Of a stretch of DNA of 43,681 bases, positions 8,519-16,520 are shown one piece after another. Position 1 is the stretch's first letter, and every line of letters starts with the position of its first letter. Where the stretch lies: positions 1 through 43,681 of the IMG/VR virus record IMGVR_UViG_3300049172_000049. One strand, 5' to 3'. This stretch comes from a virus. Lineage: Duplodnaviria > Caudoviricetes. A model generated the notes under the pieces. It saw only the letters and a list, made by a program, of their open reading frames with translations. It did no database searches and was not told the DNA's origin. The translations under genes were made by a program, and so were the position numbers.

Positions 8519-8985
8519 GCCGCACCGCCCGAGCGCGGGCTGATCGGGCCGTACAGGGCGCGCAGCACGCCGAGCGGCTGCACCTCGCCGTCGTCCTCGG
8601 CCCGCAGCAGCGGCTCGCCGAGCCGGTCAGTGCTGCCGTGCCACTTCCACTCGCGGTCGAACTCGTCGCCCCACAACAGCGACAGGTCCCACGAGTCGCC
8701 GCGCGGGTCGCGGTACACGCCGCGGTCGCGGTCGAGGCGGCCGCCGCGCGGGTGGGCCGGCTCGTCCTCGCGCGGCCGGTCGTGCTGTTCCGGCGCCGGA
8801 GTGCAGGGGAACGGGCCGTGTTCGGCGTCGAGCCGGTCGGCGATCCCGCGCAGCAGCTCGGCGGCGAGCGACTTGCACACGCCCGGCGTGCGCACGGTGT
8901 ACGAGCCGTCGCGCTGCACCGCGACCACGATCGCGGCGTTGCCGTTGCGGTCGACGTCGAATCCGATGATGTTCCGGTCGGTCAT
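8515..8985 (-). CDS. Hypothetical phage protein
   Basis: MTDRNIIGFDVD...WDLSLLWGDEFDREWKWHG...YGP, SD AAGGGG. Confidence 0.7.
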   Translation of the reverse strand: MTDRNIIGFDVDRNGNAAIVVAVQRDGSYTVRTPGVCKSLAAELLRGIADRLDAEHGPFPCTPAPEQHDRPREDEPAHPRGGRLDRDRGVYRDPRGDSWDLSLLWGDEFDREWKWHGSTDRLGEPLLRAEDDGEVQPLGVLRALYGPISPRSGGAA

Positions 8986-9797
8986 GCGGGTGCCCCTTCG
9001 GTGCTCGGCTCGACCCACGGGCGCAGCGGCCACGCGCGGTCGACGACCGCGTTCGGGTCTGTCTTCCGGAAGTGCTTTTCGAGCCCGGCCGCCTGCTCGG
9101 CCGCCCACTCGATCTGTGCGGCGTGCAGCTCGGCGAGCGAGAGATCGCGGAACGCGTAGAACCGCGGCCGCCGGATCGCCTGGATCCGCTCGGGCAAGTC
9201 ACGCCACCGCGTGTGTGCGATCTCCGCGATCCTGCGGGCGATCTGCGCGGCGGCGAGCGCGTCGAACGAGCAGCCGTGCGCCGCCTCGTCGTCCCACGGC
9301 ACGCCGTAGACCTGCGCGAGTGTGACGAGCTGCCTCGCCCCTTGCTGCTCGCTCGGGCGCTTGCGGAACTGGTCGGCGTGCTGGTCGAGCACGCGAGTGT
9401 CGATCACGTGCAGCGGGGTGCCGTCGAGCCGGTCGTGCAGGGTCGGCAGTTCGTACCGACGGCACTCGCGGTCGAGCAGCGTCAAGTCGTACGACACGTT
9501 GTGCCCGACGATCGCCGCCCCGGCGAGCAGCACCTGCCCGGCGAGTTCCGCAGCGATCTCGCCGACGACGTCGCGCGCCGGGTCACCCTTCGCCCGCGCA
9601 TGCTCGGTCGTGATCTTGTGAACCTCGGTCGCCTCGGCGGGGATCTCGACACCGGGGTCGGCGAGCCATTCGCCGGCCTCGGCCTCGATGCCGCCGCCGC
9701 GCGAGAGCACAGCGCCGGTCACGATCCGGTCGTTCTCGACGTCGACGCCCGTCGTCTCCAGATCGAACGCGGACCAACGGCCGAAGTGCCACGTCAT
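8982..9797 (-). CDS. DnaQ-like (DEDDh) 3'-5' exonuclease
   Basis: AFDLETTG, VGHNVSYDL, VIDT and AHGCSFDA motifs. Confidence 0.9.
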   Translation of the reverse strand: MTWHFGRWSAFDLETTGVDVENDRIVTGAVLSRGGGIEAEAGEWLADPGVEIPAEATEVHKITTEHARAKGDPARDVVGEIAAELAGQVLLAGAAIVGHNVSYDLTLLDRECRRYELPTLHDRLDGTPLHVIDTRVLDQHADQFRKRPSEQQGARQLVTLAQVYGVPWDDEAAHGCSFDALAAAQIARRIAEIAHTRWRDLPERIQAIRRPRFYAFRDLSLAELHAAQIEWAAEQAAGLEKHFRKTDPNAVVDRAWPLRPWVEPSTEGAPA

Positions 9798-10900
9798 CGG
9801 CGTGCCCCCGATCCGGGCTGCGCCGCCGCCGGCCACGCGGTCGCGGGCTGCGCGGTCGGCGGTTCGGTTGCGTCCTGGTCGCCGTCGCCGATCACCTCGA
9901 CGTCGTACACGCCGTCGTCGTCCGGCCCGAGTTCGTCGCCCTCGCCGCCGTCGTCCTGGTCGCCGACCTCGCCCGTCGTCGGGTCGATCCCCTTGTCGAT
10001 GTCCTCGGCGATCCGCATGAGGTCGAGCGACAGCTCGTCGGACCCGTCGCGTGCGACGTGCCCGGCGCGGTTCGCCCGGTGCCACACCTCGCGCACCTCA
10101 GCGGACGTACGGCACTCGCGGGCGTCGGCGAGGTAGTCGGGACGCTCGGCGGGCGCCGCCTCGATCGCCGGGCGGTCGAGGCTGCTCGGGTCGAGGGCGG
10201 CCGCCGTGCTGATCGGGCCCGACAGGGCGTGCCGCAGCTTCGGCAGCGACGGCACCACCATGACGACCTGATACTGCTTCGTCTTGCCCTTGCGGACCGC
10301 CGAGCGCTGCTCGATCCACATGCGGACGGGCATCAATCCCTGACCGCCGGTCGCCTGCAGAACGGTGTCGAGCCCGCCGGCGAGCGCGTCGGCCGCGTAA
10401 TAGCTCTTCGTCTCCAGCCGCCACACGCCGAGGTCGGGCAGATCAGGCAGGAACACGCCGATGCGGGACGTCGGGCGGCACACCTCGTCGGCCTTGCGCT
10501 CGTGCCAGTCCTCGCCGAACCGCGCGAGGCACACGCACGGCTGCCGCGAGATCTGCTCGGTCACCCCGTCGCAGCGCCGCGAGCAGCCACCGCCCGACCA
10601 CATCTCGTAGGACTGCGACAGCGGGTCGCCCGCGGGCAGGATCGCCCGCAGCTCGGCCGCCTCGGTGATCACGCGCCACTGCGCGACGGGCTGCCCCTGC
10701 GGCGTCCACTGCTCGATCCGGCCGCCGTACAGCTCGGCCGCGGCCGCGATGTACTCGCGCGAGTGCGACGACAGAACGAACGTCTTGCTCTTGACCGGGA
10801 TCGGCCGGCGACCCGGTTCGGAGTGCGGCCGGCTGTAGCCGGTGCGGATGCGGCCGAGTTCGGCCGCCTGCTTCTTCATGGTCATGATGCGCGATCCCAT
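9794..10900 (-). CDS. Gp3-like ('recombination directionality factor-like') protein
   Basis: ELGRIRTG...LSQSYEMWSGGGCSRRCDG...PCVC...CRPTSRI...GVWRLETKSYYAA, with an acidic C-terminal tail. Confidence 0.7.
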   Translation of the reverse strand: MGSRIMTMKKQAAELGRIRTGYSRPHSEPGRRPIPVKSKTFVLSSHSREYIAAAAELYGGRIEQWTPQGQPVAQWRVITEAAELRAILPAGDPLSQSYEMWSGGGCSRRCDGVTEQISRQPCVCLARFGEDWHERKADEVCRPTSRIGVFLPDLPDLGVWRLETKSYYAADALAGGLDTVLQATGGQGLMPVRMWIEQRSAVRKGKTKQYQVVMVVPSLPKLRHALSGPISTAAALDPSSLDRPAIEAAPAERPDYLADARECRTSAEVREVWHRANRAGHVARDGSDELSLDLMRIAEDIDKGIDPTTGEVGDQDDGGEGDELGPDDDGVYDVEVIGDGDQDATEPPTAQPATAWPAAAQPGSGARR

Positions 10901-10903
10901 GGG

Positions 10904-11731
10904 TCACGCTGCCTTTCGGTTGGATGCGCCCGGCGCCCACGGCGGGTCGATCGCCGGGTACGCGCTCGGGGCGTCGTGCAGGTAGCGGGAGGTTTCGAGG
11001 GCGCCGAGGAACGCTCGGAACTGCGCCCGGCCGGACGGCACTTCGATGAACCGGCGACTGCGCGGCCGCAGGTTGAGCAGCGCCGTACGGTGCACCCGCG
11101 GCGCCGGCTCGCTGCTGTCGTCCGGCAGCAGCCACTCGGGGGCGTGCCGCAGGGCGGCGAGCTGCAGCGGCTGATCGTCGTAGACCGTGCTCGCCGGCTT
11201 CTTCGCGCTCGTCTTGTAGTCGATGAGCCAGAGCTGCCGCCGCCGGAACCGGCCGGTCGGCAGCCACAGCCACAGATCGCCCGTACCGGCGTAACCGCGC
11301 TTGCGGTTCATCACGGTCGTCTCGACCGCCTCGACGTCGTGCTCGAAGTCGACGCGCCACAGCCGGAACCACGCGGCGAGCTGCACCGCGTACGGCTCGA
11401 CCTCGGGGTCGTACGGGAACGGGGTGTTCAGCACGAGCGACACGGCCCGAAGGTGCACGCGGGTGCCGAGGTTGCGAGCCTGGTCGGTGTACTCCCGTGA
11501 CACCGCGACGAGTTCACGGCGCAGCGCCGTCGGCTCGGTGCGCGCCCGGCGGGCAGTCGTGATCGGGTCGGCGATGACGGCGTCGGCCGTGAGACCGGCC
11601 GCCCACGGCACGAGCGCCGGTTTCGCGATGCTGCCGAGCGCGTTCGTGACGCTGATCAGGTCCGGCCCGCCCGCGGGGTCGGTGTAGTACCGCCCGCGCT
11701 CGGTGTCGTGCGCCCACTTCGGATCGGTCAT
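10904..11731 (-). CDS. PD-(D/E)XK (Cas4/RecB-like) exonuclease
   Basis: ISVTNAL...KPALVPWAA...GTRVH...VE...GYAGTGDL...LIDYKTS...QLAA. Confidence 0.85.
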   Translation of the reverse strand: MTDPKWAHDTERGRYYTDPAGGPDLISVTNALGSIAKPALVPWAAGLTADAVIADPITTARRARTEPTALRRELVAVSREYTDQARNLGTRVHLRAVSLVLNTPFPYDPEVEPYAVQLAAWFRLWRVDFEHDVEAVETTVMNRKRGYAGTGDLWLWLPTGRFRRRQLWLIDYKTSAKKPASTVYDDQPLQLAALRHAPEWLLPDDSSEPAPRVHRTALLNLRPRSRRFIEVPSGRAQFRAFLGALETSRYLHDAPSAYPAIDPPWAPGASNRKAA

Positions 11732-12078
11732 CGCGCCGCCCCCGCCCACATCGCGGCGTGTCCGTCGCGCGCACCGTGGAAGAACGCGGCGATGCGGGCG
11801 AGGCGCCGTGCACGGACGAACGACGCGTCGGGCAGCGCCGCCGGGCGCGGGCACGTGCAGGGCAGCACGGTCGGGAACTCGCACGGGCGCGGGTGCCGGT
11901 GAGTGGACTCGCCCTGTTGCGGCGATCCGCCGCGGGTGTCCTCCTCACCCCCGATGCCGTGCGCGGCGAGCAGCTCGCCGTCGTACTTCGCGAGCAGCTT
12001 CTCGACGAACCCGTTCGGGTCGCTGCTGTCGGCGTAGTAGACGCGCAGCGCGTGCTCGACCACGGTCCGGGCGCTCAC
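11728..12078 (-). CDS. Hypothetical protein
   Basis: GTG 12078 overlapping the upstream stop, HPRPCEFPTVLPCTC. Confidence 0.6.
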   Translation of the reverse strand: MSARTVVEHALRVYYADSSDPNGFVEKLLAKYDGELLAAHGIGGEEDTRGGSPQQGESTHRHPRPCEFPTVLPCTCPRPAALPDASFVRARRLARIAAFFHGARDGHAAMWAGAAR

Positions 12079-12659
12079 TCCGCACCCCCCGCACGGTGCG
12101 CCCGGATCCGGGCATCGTGCCGTTCCCGTTCGAGCCGGGCGACGTCCGCGGCCATGTCGAGCGCCTCGTCGAGCCCGTACGCGAACGCCTCGGCCCGCCC
12201 GACGTCGGCGACGTACTGCCACCCGTCCGGGTCGAGCCACGCCCGCAGGCCGGACACCGCGCCATCGGTGACCGCCCACCGGTCCGAGCCGGCCGACTCA
12301 CGCTGTACGACGAGTTCGCCGTACCCGCCGCCGAGCCCCTCGGGCAGCGGCACGCGGAACTCGGCCGCAAGGGTGAGCTGCGCGGCGACATGCTTCACGT
12401 ACTCGGCGCAGATCCACCCCTCGGCGCCGTCGAGGTCCCACCGGTCCGGGTCGGGCATGGTGGCGATCACGTCGTCGGCGAGCTGCCGGTACGACTGCGC
12501 GTCGACGACGAGCGAGGACGGATTGAGGTCGTCGCCGAGGATCTCGGCGCGCACCTCGCTGCGGTAGGTGTCCAGCTTCCTGCGCAGGTCTGCGAGCGTC
12601 CCGAGCGGCGCCGTGTCGGCCTTGCCGTACTCGTTCAGCAGCTCGTCGCGGGTGCTCAT
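12075..12659 (-). CDS. Hypothetical protein
   Basis: 194 aa with 4-bp overlaps on both sides. Confidence 0.75.
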   Translation of the reverse strand: MSTRDELLNEYGKADTAPLGTLADLRRKLDTYRSEVRAEILGDDLNPSSLVVDAQSYRQLADDVIATMPDPDRWDLDGAEGWICAEYVKHVAAQLTLAAEFRVPLPEGLGGGYGELVVQRESAGSDRWAVTDGAVSGLRAWLDPDGWQYVADVGRAEAFAYGLDEALDMAADVARLERERHDARIRAHRAGGAE

Positions 12660-12934
12660 GACGACTCACCCGCCTCGCGGTCGGCGTTCAGCAGCGCGAC
12701 GAGGTACTCGGCGAGCACGCGGTCGCCGATGTCGACGACCGGACCGGGGCAGCACGAGTAAATACCCGCGTCGACCCGCTCGTGCTCGTCGTGCGGGCAG
12801 ACAGGCGCGATGAACCGCGGCTCGCTGCGGCCCCGGTAATCGTCCTCGGCGAGCCGCCACTCGCTCAGACCGTCGAGGTCGTGCTCGCGCAGCAGCTCGG
12901 CGGCCGCGCGTCGGGCGTTGTCGAGGGCGTTCAC
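12656..12934 (-). CDS. Hypothetical protein
   Basis: 92 aa with 4-bp overlaps on both sides. Confidence 0.7.
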   Translation of the reverse strand: MNALDNARRAAAELLREHDLDGLSEWRLAEDDYRGRSEPRFIAPVCPHDEHERVDAGIYSCCPGPVVDIGDRVLAEYLVALLNADREAGESS

Positions 12935-13407
12935 GCTGCCTCACCCGCCCCGGCGAGCTGCGGAATGCCGTGCTCGGTACGGAACTCGGCGATCGCCGCC
13001 TCGCAGCACACGGGCTCGCCCTCGACGCTGTGCTCGTCCTGATTCGTCGAGTCGTCGGCCGCCTCGTCGGCGGTGAGAACCTCCCACCGCAGCCGGCAGT
13101 GCGAGCACGTGTGCGTCTCGGTGCAGGTGACGGTCACCTCGTCGACCTGCGGGCGCTGCCGCAGCTCGGCCGCGATCTCGTCGCAGCGTCGCCGGTAGTC
13201 GCCCTCGACGTCGCGGCTCGCGAGGCTGTCACTCACGGACAGGAACCCGAAGTTGCCGAGGCGGCGCGGCAGAACCGCGACCGTGATCGGCCCGCTCGGG
13301 GCGACGAACTCGGCGAGGTCGTCGAGACCGGTGAGCCCGAGGTCGGCGGGGCGGCGAGGCTTGAGGGTGACCATCACGCGCCACTCGTCGCGATACGTCT
13401 GCTTCAC
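12931..13407 (-). CDS. Hypothetical protein with CxxC...CC motif
   Basis: GTG 13407, SD GAGGGG, TCSHCRLRWE...PVCCE. Confidence 0.7.
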   Translation of the reverse strand: MKQTYRDEWRVMVTLKPRRPADLGLTGLDDLAEFVAPSGPITVAVLPRRLGNFGFLSVSDSLASRDVEGDYRRRCDEIAAELRQRPQVDEVTVTCTETHTCSHCRLRWEVLTADEAADDSTNQDEHSVEGEPVCCEAAIAEFRTEHGIPQLAGAGEAA

Positions 13408-13799
13408 GCGGCCGCACCCCTCTCGGTGCGCTGAGCGGCGGCCGCCCGGCGGTCGGCGAGGGACTGCAACTGCCCGGCGAGGCTGAGCACGAGCAGCCGC
13501 TCGGCGAGGCGCCCGCACTGTCGGCCGTACACGGGCAGCTTGGTGCGCACCTCGGCGACGAGGTCGTCGACGAGCCCCTCGAACGGCAGATCTTGCGGCC
13601 GCTCGATCAGGTGCGGGTCACGCGCCTGCATGTCGACGAGCCCGTCGAACCGGTCGAGGAACCGGTCGGTGAGCAGCGCCTCGACGACGTCGGTCACGAC
13701 GTGCTGCACGAACCCCTCGACGTCGAGGGTCACGCCGGTCGGGATCGGCTCGGTTGTGATGCGGTACGGCCCGTCAACGGGCCTGTTGGGCAGTGTCAT
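13404..13799 (-). CDS. Hypothetical protein
   Basis: 131 aa, operon-packed. Confidence 0.7.
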   Translation of the reverse strand: MTLPNRPVDGPYRITTEPIPTGVTLDVEGFVQHVVTDVVEALLTDRFLDRFDGLVDMQARDPHLIERPQDLPFEGLVDDLVAEVRTKLPVYGRQCGRLAERLLVLSLAGQLQSLADRRAAAAQRTERGAAA

Positions 13800-13882
13800 C
13801 GGGAACCCCCGGCAGAGGATGCGAGCAGCAGCGCGATCGCGACGAGCGCGACGATCACGGCGGCGATGATGTTGTCGATCAC
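13796..13882 (-). CDS. 28-aa single-TM micropeptide
   Basis: VIDNIIAAVIVALVAIALLLASSAGGSR fills the gap exactly with GTGA and ATGA overlaps. Confidence 0.65.
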   Translation of the reverse strand: MIDNIIAAVIVALVAIALLLASSAGGSR

Positions 13883-14382
13883 GGGCGGACCGCCGTCCGG
13901 CGGCCGAGGTCGGCGAGCTGCTCGCCGTACAGGGCGGGCACGCCGATGCCGACGAGGCGGGCGCGAACGCCGCCGACCGTGCAGCGGACCGTCATCGACA
14001 CCCCGGTCGAGTCGGCTCGGGCGTCGCCGACGCCGAGCGCGTGCATCCACTGCTTCCAGTCGGCGAGCGACCGCGGGTGAACGACGAACCGCACCTCGCC
14101 GCCGGCCGCCGACACGTCGGGCTTGCCCGGCATGCCGTCGGCCTGCGCCCGCGCGCTGTCGGCGACGTTCTTCGCCCTGCGGCACTGGTCGAGGGCGGCG
14201 ACGGCGGCCGGGCTCGGCGCGGGCCGGTTCTTGCCGGGCACCGAGAACGGGTCGGTCGACTGCTTGAGCAGTCCCAACTCGTCGAGCACCTGCGCCGCTT
14301 CGAGGGCGGGGTCGCCCGAGGTGCCGTGCACGACAGCCGCGGCGATCGTGCGGGCTGCCCGCTCGATGTTCGGGTTCGTCAT
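13879..14382 (-). CDS. Hypothetical protein
   Basis: MTNPNIERAARTIAAA..., SD GAGGGG, ATGA overlap. Confidence 0.75.
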   Translation of the reverse strand: MTNPNIERAARTIAAAVVHGTSGDPALEAAQVLDELGLLKQSTDPFSVPGKNRPAPSPAAVAALDQCRRAKNVADSARAQADGMPGKPDVSAAGGEVRFVVHPRSLADWKQWMHALGVGDARADSTGVSMTVRCTVGGVRARLVGIGVPALYGEQLADLGRRTAVRP

Positions 14383-14732
14383 GCCGACGCCGCCCCTCGG
14401 AACTCGGCCGGCACGAACTCGTCGTGCACGAGGGCGACATGTACGCGGATCCGGACGGTCGAGCCGTCGGCGCGCTGCGGCGTCTCGGTGCGCAGCGTCC
14501 ACAGCGAGGCGCCGTCGAGCTGCGGCGCGCGGTTCACGTCGCCGCCGAGGGCGAACGTCCACGCGGCGAACTGCTCGCCGTCGGCGACGACGACGTGTAC
14601 GCCGTCCTCGCGAACGAGCGGCGGCCGCACGGTCGGCAACATCAGGTAGTCGATAGCTGCCTCGACCGCCGCGAGCTGCGGGTCGATCTTCGGAGTCTTC
14701 GCGGATCGGAGGGGGATAGGCTGTGCGCTCAA
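14379..14732 (-). CDS. Hypothetical protein
   Basis: 117 aa, TTG start, SD GAGG. Confidence 0.7.
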   Translation of the reverse strand: MSAQPIPLRSAKTPKIDPQLAAVEAAIDYLMLPTVRPPLVREDGVHVVVADGEQFAAWTFALGGDVNRAPQLDGASLWTLRTETPQRADGSTVRIRVHVALVHDEFVPAEFRGAASA

Positions 14733-14828
14733 GGCACGTGCCTCGCTTTCTGTGTTGAGTGCGGCGCGAGTCGCAGGGGTCGTCCGGATGCCGGTCCGGG
14801 GCGGCCCCGACTCGCGTTCCGGGGCGTG

Positions 14829-15155
14829 TCAGGCGGCAGCCGAGCCGGGGCGGTACTGCGCGAGCTGCTGCTCGGCCTCGGCCCGCTTCTTCTCCTTCGC
14901 GGCGGCGCTCTTGGCGCGGCGCGCGGCGACCGACTTGAGGGCGAGCGCGCTGTAATGCGCCTTGCGCAGCGACTCGGCGACCTCGGCGATCTGCTGCTCG
15001 CTCGCGTCGGGGTGCATCTCGCGCGCCTTGTCGAGGAACCGCGTGTGATGCGACGCCCTACGGGCGGCGGCGGTACGGGCCGACCGGTTCGGCGTGTTCG
15101 CCCAACTCATGTGAGCCGCGAACCTCATCTGCTGCGACCGCTCGCTCGTGTTCAC
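14829..15155 (-). CDS. Basic helical hypothetical protein (possible nucleic-acid binding)
   Basis: GTG 15155 with SD AAGGGA, AAHMSWANTPNRSARTAAARRA...LRKAHYSALALKS. Confidence 0.75.
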   Translation of the reverse strand: MNTSERSQQMRFAAHMSWANTPNRSARTAAARRASHHTRFLDKAREMHPDASEQQIAEVAESLRKAHYSALALKSVAARRAKSAAAKEKKRAEAEQQLAQYRPGSAAA

Positions 15156-15438
15156 GTCGTGATGTCCCTTCCTCGGGATGACTGCCCACGCCCATGGGCG
15201 TGGGCAGTGGGCTGTAAAAAAGAGCGTCTCGGCGAACATCGAGCACTGCGCATATGCGGTCGGCAACGTCCTCCGTGACTGAAGGTCGCTCCCCGGACAG
15301 CAGCGCGCCGATCTTGCTCTTCGAGACGCCCACGGCTTCAGCGAGCTTCCGGATATCGATCGATCCGCCGCCCGGCGCCCAGTTCATCAGTCCGCGCAGC
15401 GTGTGACTGCTGGTCAGATAGAGCCGGGCAGAGTCCAT
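15058..15438 (-). CDS. Cro-like XRE HTH regulator
   Basis: SD GGAGG, IRKLAEAVGVSKSKIGALLSGER...ADRICAVLDV. First gene of the early lytic operon, divergent from the repressor. Confidence 0.8.
   Translation of the reverse strand: MDSARLYLTSSHTLRGLMNWAPGGGSIDIRKLAEAVGVSKSKIGALLSGERPSVTEDVADRICAVLDVRRDALFYSPLPTPMGVGSHPEEGTSRREHERAVAADEVRGSHELGEHAEPVGPYRRRP
15181..15208. repeat. Perfect 28-bp palindrome ACTGCCCACGCCCATGGGCGTGGGCAGT (class II site)
   Basis: Exact reverse-complement symmetry. Related copies at 3603, 5715 and 35968. Confidence 0.85.
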
Positions 15439-15456
15439 GAATGCGCCTCCGTTTGC

Positions 15457-15590
15457 TGCCCACGATCGTGGACAACCCCAGTAGAGCACATCGTTCGAGC
15501 GGTGTCCACGATCGTGGGCAGTCCCTCGTGACAATGAAAATCAGCCGACCGTGTACTCTCACCCCCCATAGCTGCCCCTGATCGTGGACA
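15457..15590. promoter_or_regulatory. Three immunity operators TGYCCACGATCGTGGRCA
   Basis: 15457-15474, 15503-15520 and 15573-15590 (2 mismatches) lie between cro and the repressor. A fourth copy is at 17508-17525. Confidence 0.85.
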
Positions 15591-15688
15591 ATGTCAGGGA
15601 AGTGAAAAAGGTTGTACGGCTTGACCTGCGACTTTCGTACATACGCCCGGATATGGGCGTGGACTGATGAGACTAGAGAGGCGGAGGG

Positions 15689-16063
15689 ATGCCGCAGCAG
15701 CGAGACGCGCTTACGGAACTCGTGAAGGCGCATGTCGGCCGAGACCGGCGCATGTCCACCCGCGAGTTTTCCGCCGTTGCTGTGGACCCGGACACCGAGT
15801 GGTCGCCGAGCAAGAGCCTTGTTGCGAAGATCATCGGTGACCAGGGGTACGACATCACGCCTCAACTCGTGGGCGCCGTCGCCATCGGCCTAGGGCTCGA
15901 CCGCGAGGTCGTCGCGGCAGCCGCGCACCTGCAGGTGATCGGGTACACCGACGCCGAGCTGTCGGCAGGGGCGCCGGCCCAACTGATCCGCATCATCGGC
16001 GCCGAGGGTGAGCCGACCGATAAGGCTCAAGCGGTAGCCGACCGATGGGACGCTGAAAAGTAA
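15689..16063 (+). CDS. Putative immunity repressor (XRE-like, no autoprotease domain)
   Basis: SD GGAGG, MSTREFSAVAVD...PSKSLVAKII...LVGAVAIGLGLDREVVAAAA. Divergent from cro across the operators. Confidence 0.7.
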   Translation: MPQQRDALTELVKAHVGRDRRMSTREFSAVAVDPDTEWSPSKSLVAKIIGDQGYDITPQLVGAVAIGLGLDREVVAAAAHLQVIGYTDAELSAGAPAQLIRIIGAEGEPTDKAQAVADRWDAEK

Positions 16064-16203
16064 GCGCTCACCCGAACGGGTGGTTCTTCGGTGAAGTGGC
16101 GTTTAACCTGCTCATGTTTGGTGACGAGATCACCCACTGTTGCTAGTGATACGCCCTGTGTTTCCGGCTGGCCTCGTCGTAGAGTGATCAGACCTCGCGC
16201 GTG

Positions 16204-16219
16204 TCGAACGGCCGTTCGA
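16204..16219. promoter_or_regulatory. Actinobacterial LexA (SOS) box
   Basis: TCGAAC-GGCC-GTTCGA is a perfect match to TCGAAC-N4-GTTCGA, downstream of a TAGAGT -10-like hexamer (16180-16185). Confidence 0.8.
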
Positions 16220-16262
16220 TTCATGCTGTGCTGAATCGGACGGACGGGAACAGGGGGTCACG

Positions 16263-16448
16263 TTGTCAGATGTGCGAGTTGAGTCGGTCGAACTCGACCG
16301 CGGTACACCGATGATGTACCGCGACTTCGGGACGTACGTCCGGCTTGCTCACGATCCCCAACAGATCGACGAGGCTGCGGCGCTCGCACTTCTGTGCCTC
16401 CGCCTGCCACGGCTCGTCGGGAACCTCGAAGTGCAGCGAGTCCAGTAA
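16263..16448 (+). CDS. 61-aa protein, candidate SOS-induced antirepressor
   Basis: SD AGGGGG, TTG start, GC3-rich codons, preceded by a LexA box and followed by a terminator. Function is inferred. Confidence 0.65.
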   Translation: MSDVRVESVELDRGTPMMYRDFGTYVRLAHDPQQIDEAAALALLCLRLPRLVGNLEVQRVQ

Positions 16449-16469
16449 CCCCCCACACCTGCACAGGTA

Positions 16470-16511
16470 CGCCCCGGTAGCCGGCTCGCCGACGAGCCGG
16501 GCACCGGGGCG
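16470..16511. terminator. Hairpin terminator between convergent 61-aa gene and int
   Basis: CGCCCCGGT..CCGGCTCG-CCGA-CGAGCCGG..ACCGGGGCG. Confidence 0.7.
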
Positions 16512-16520
16512 CAGTCGTTT

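Noticed and set aside
6753-8525. 590-aa methyltransferase as listed in the ORF track
   Set aside because: The N-terminal 210 aa are an off-frame read of the RuvC gene. The start is better placed at GTG 7895. The same applies to track extensions of the portal (41481), scaffold (38877) and tail terminator (36019).
10904-11731. CRISPR-Cas association of the Cas4-like nuclease
   Set aside because: No repeat-spacer array or other cas gene was seen. It fits an ordinary phage recombination exonuclease.
15482-15498. Third SOS box in the cro/repressor gap
   Set aside because: Only one half-site (GTTCGA) matches.
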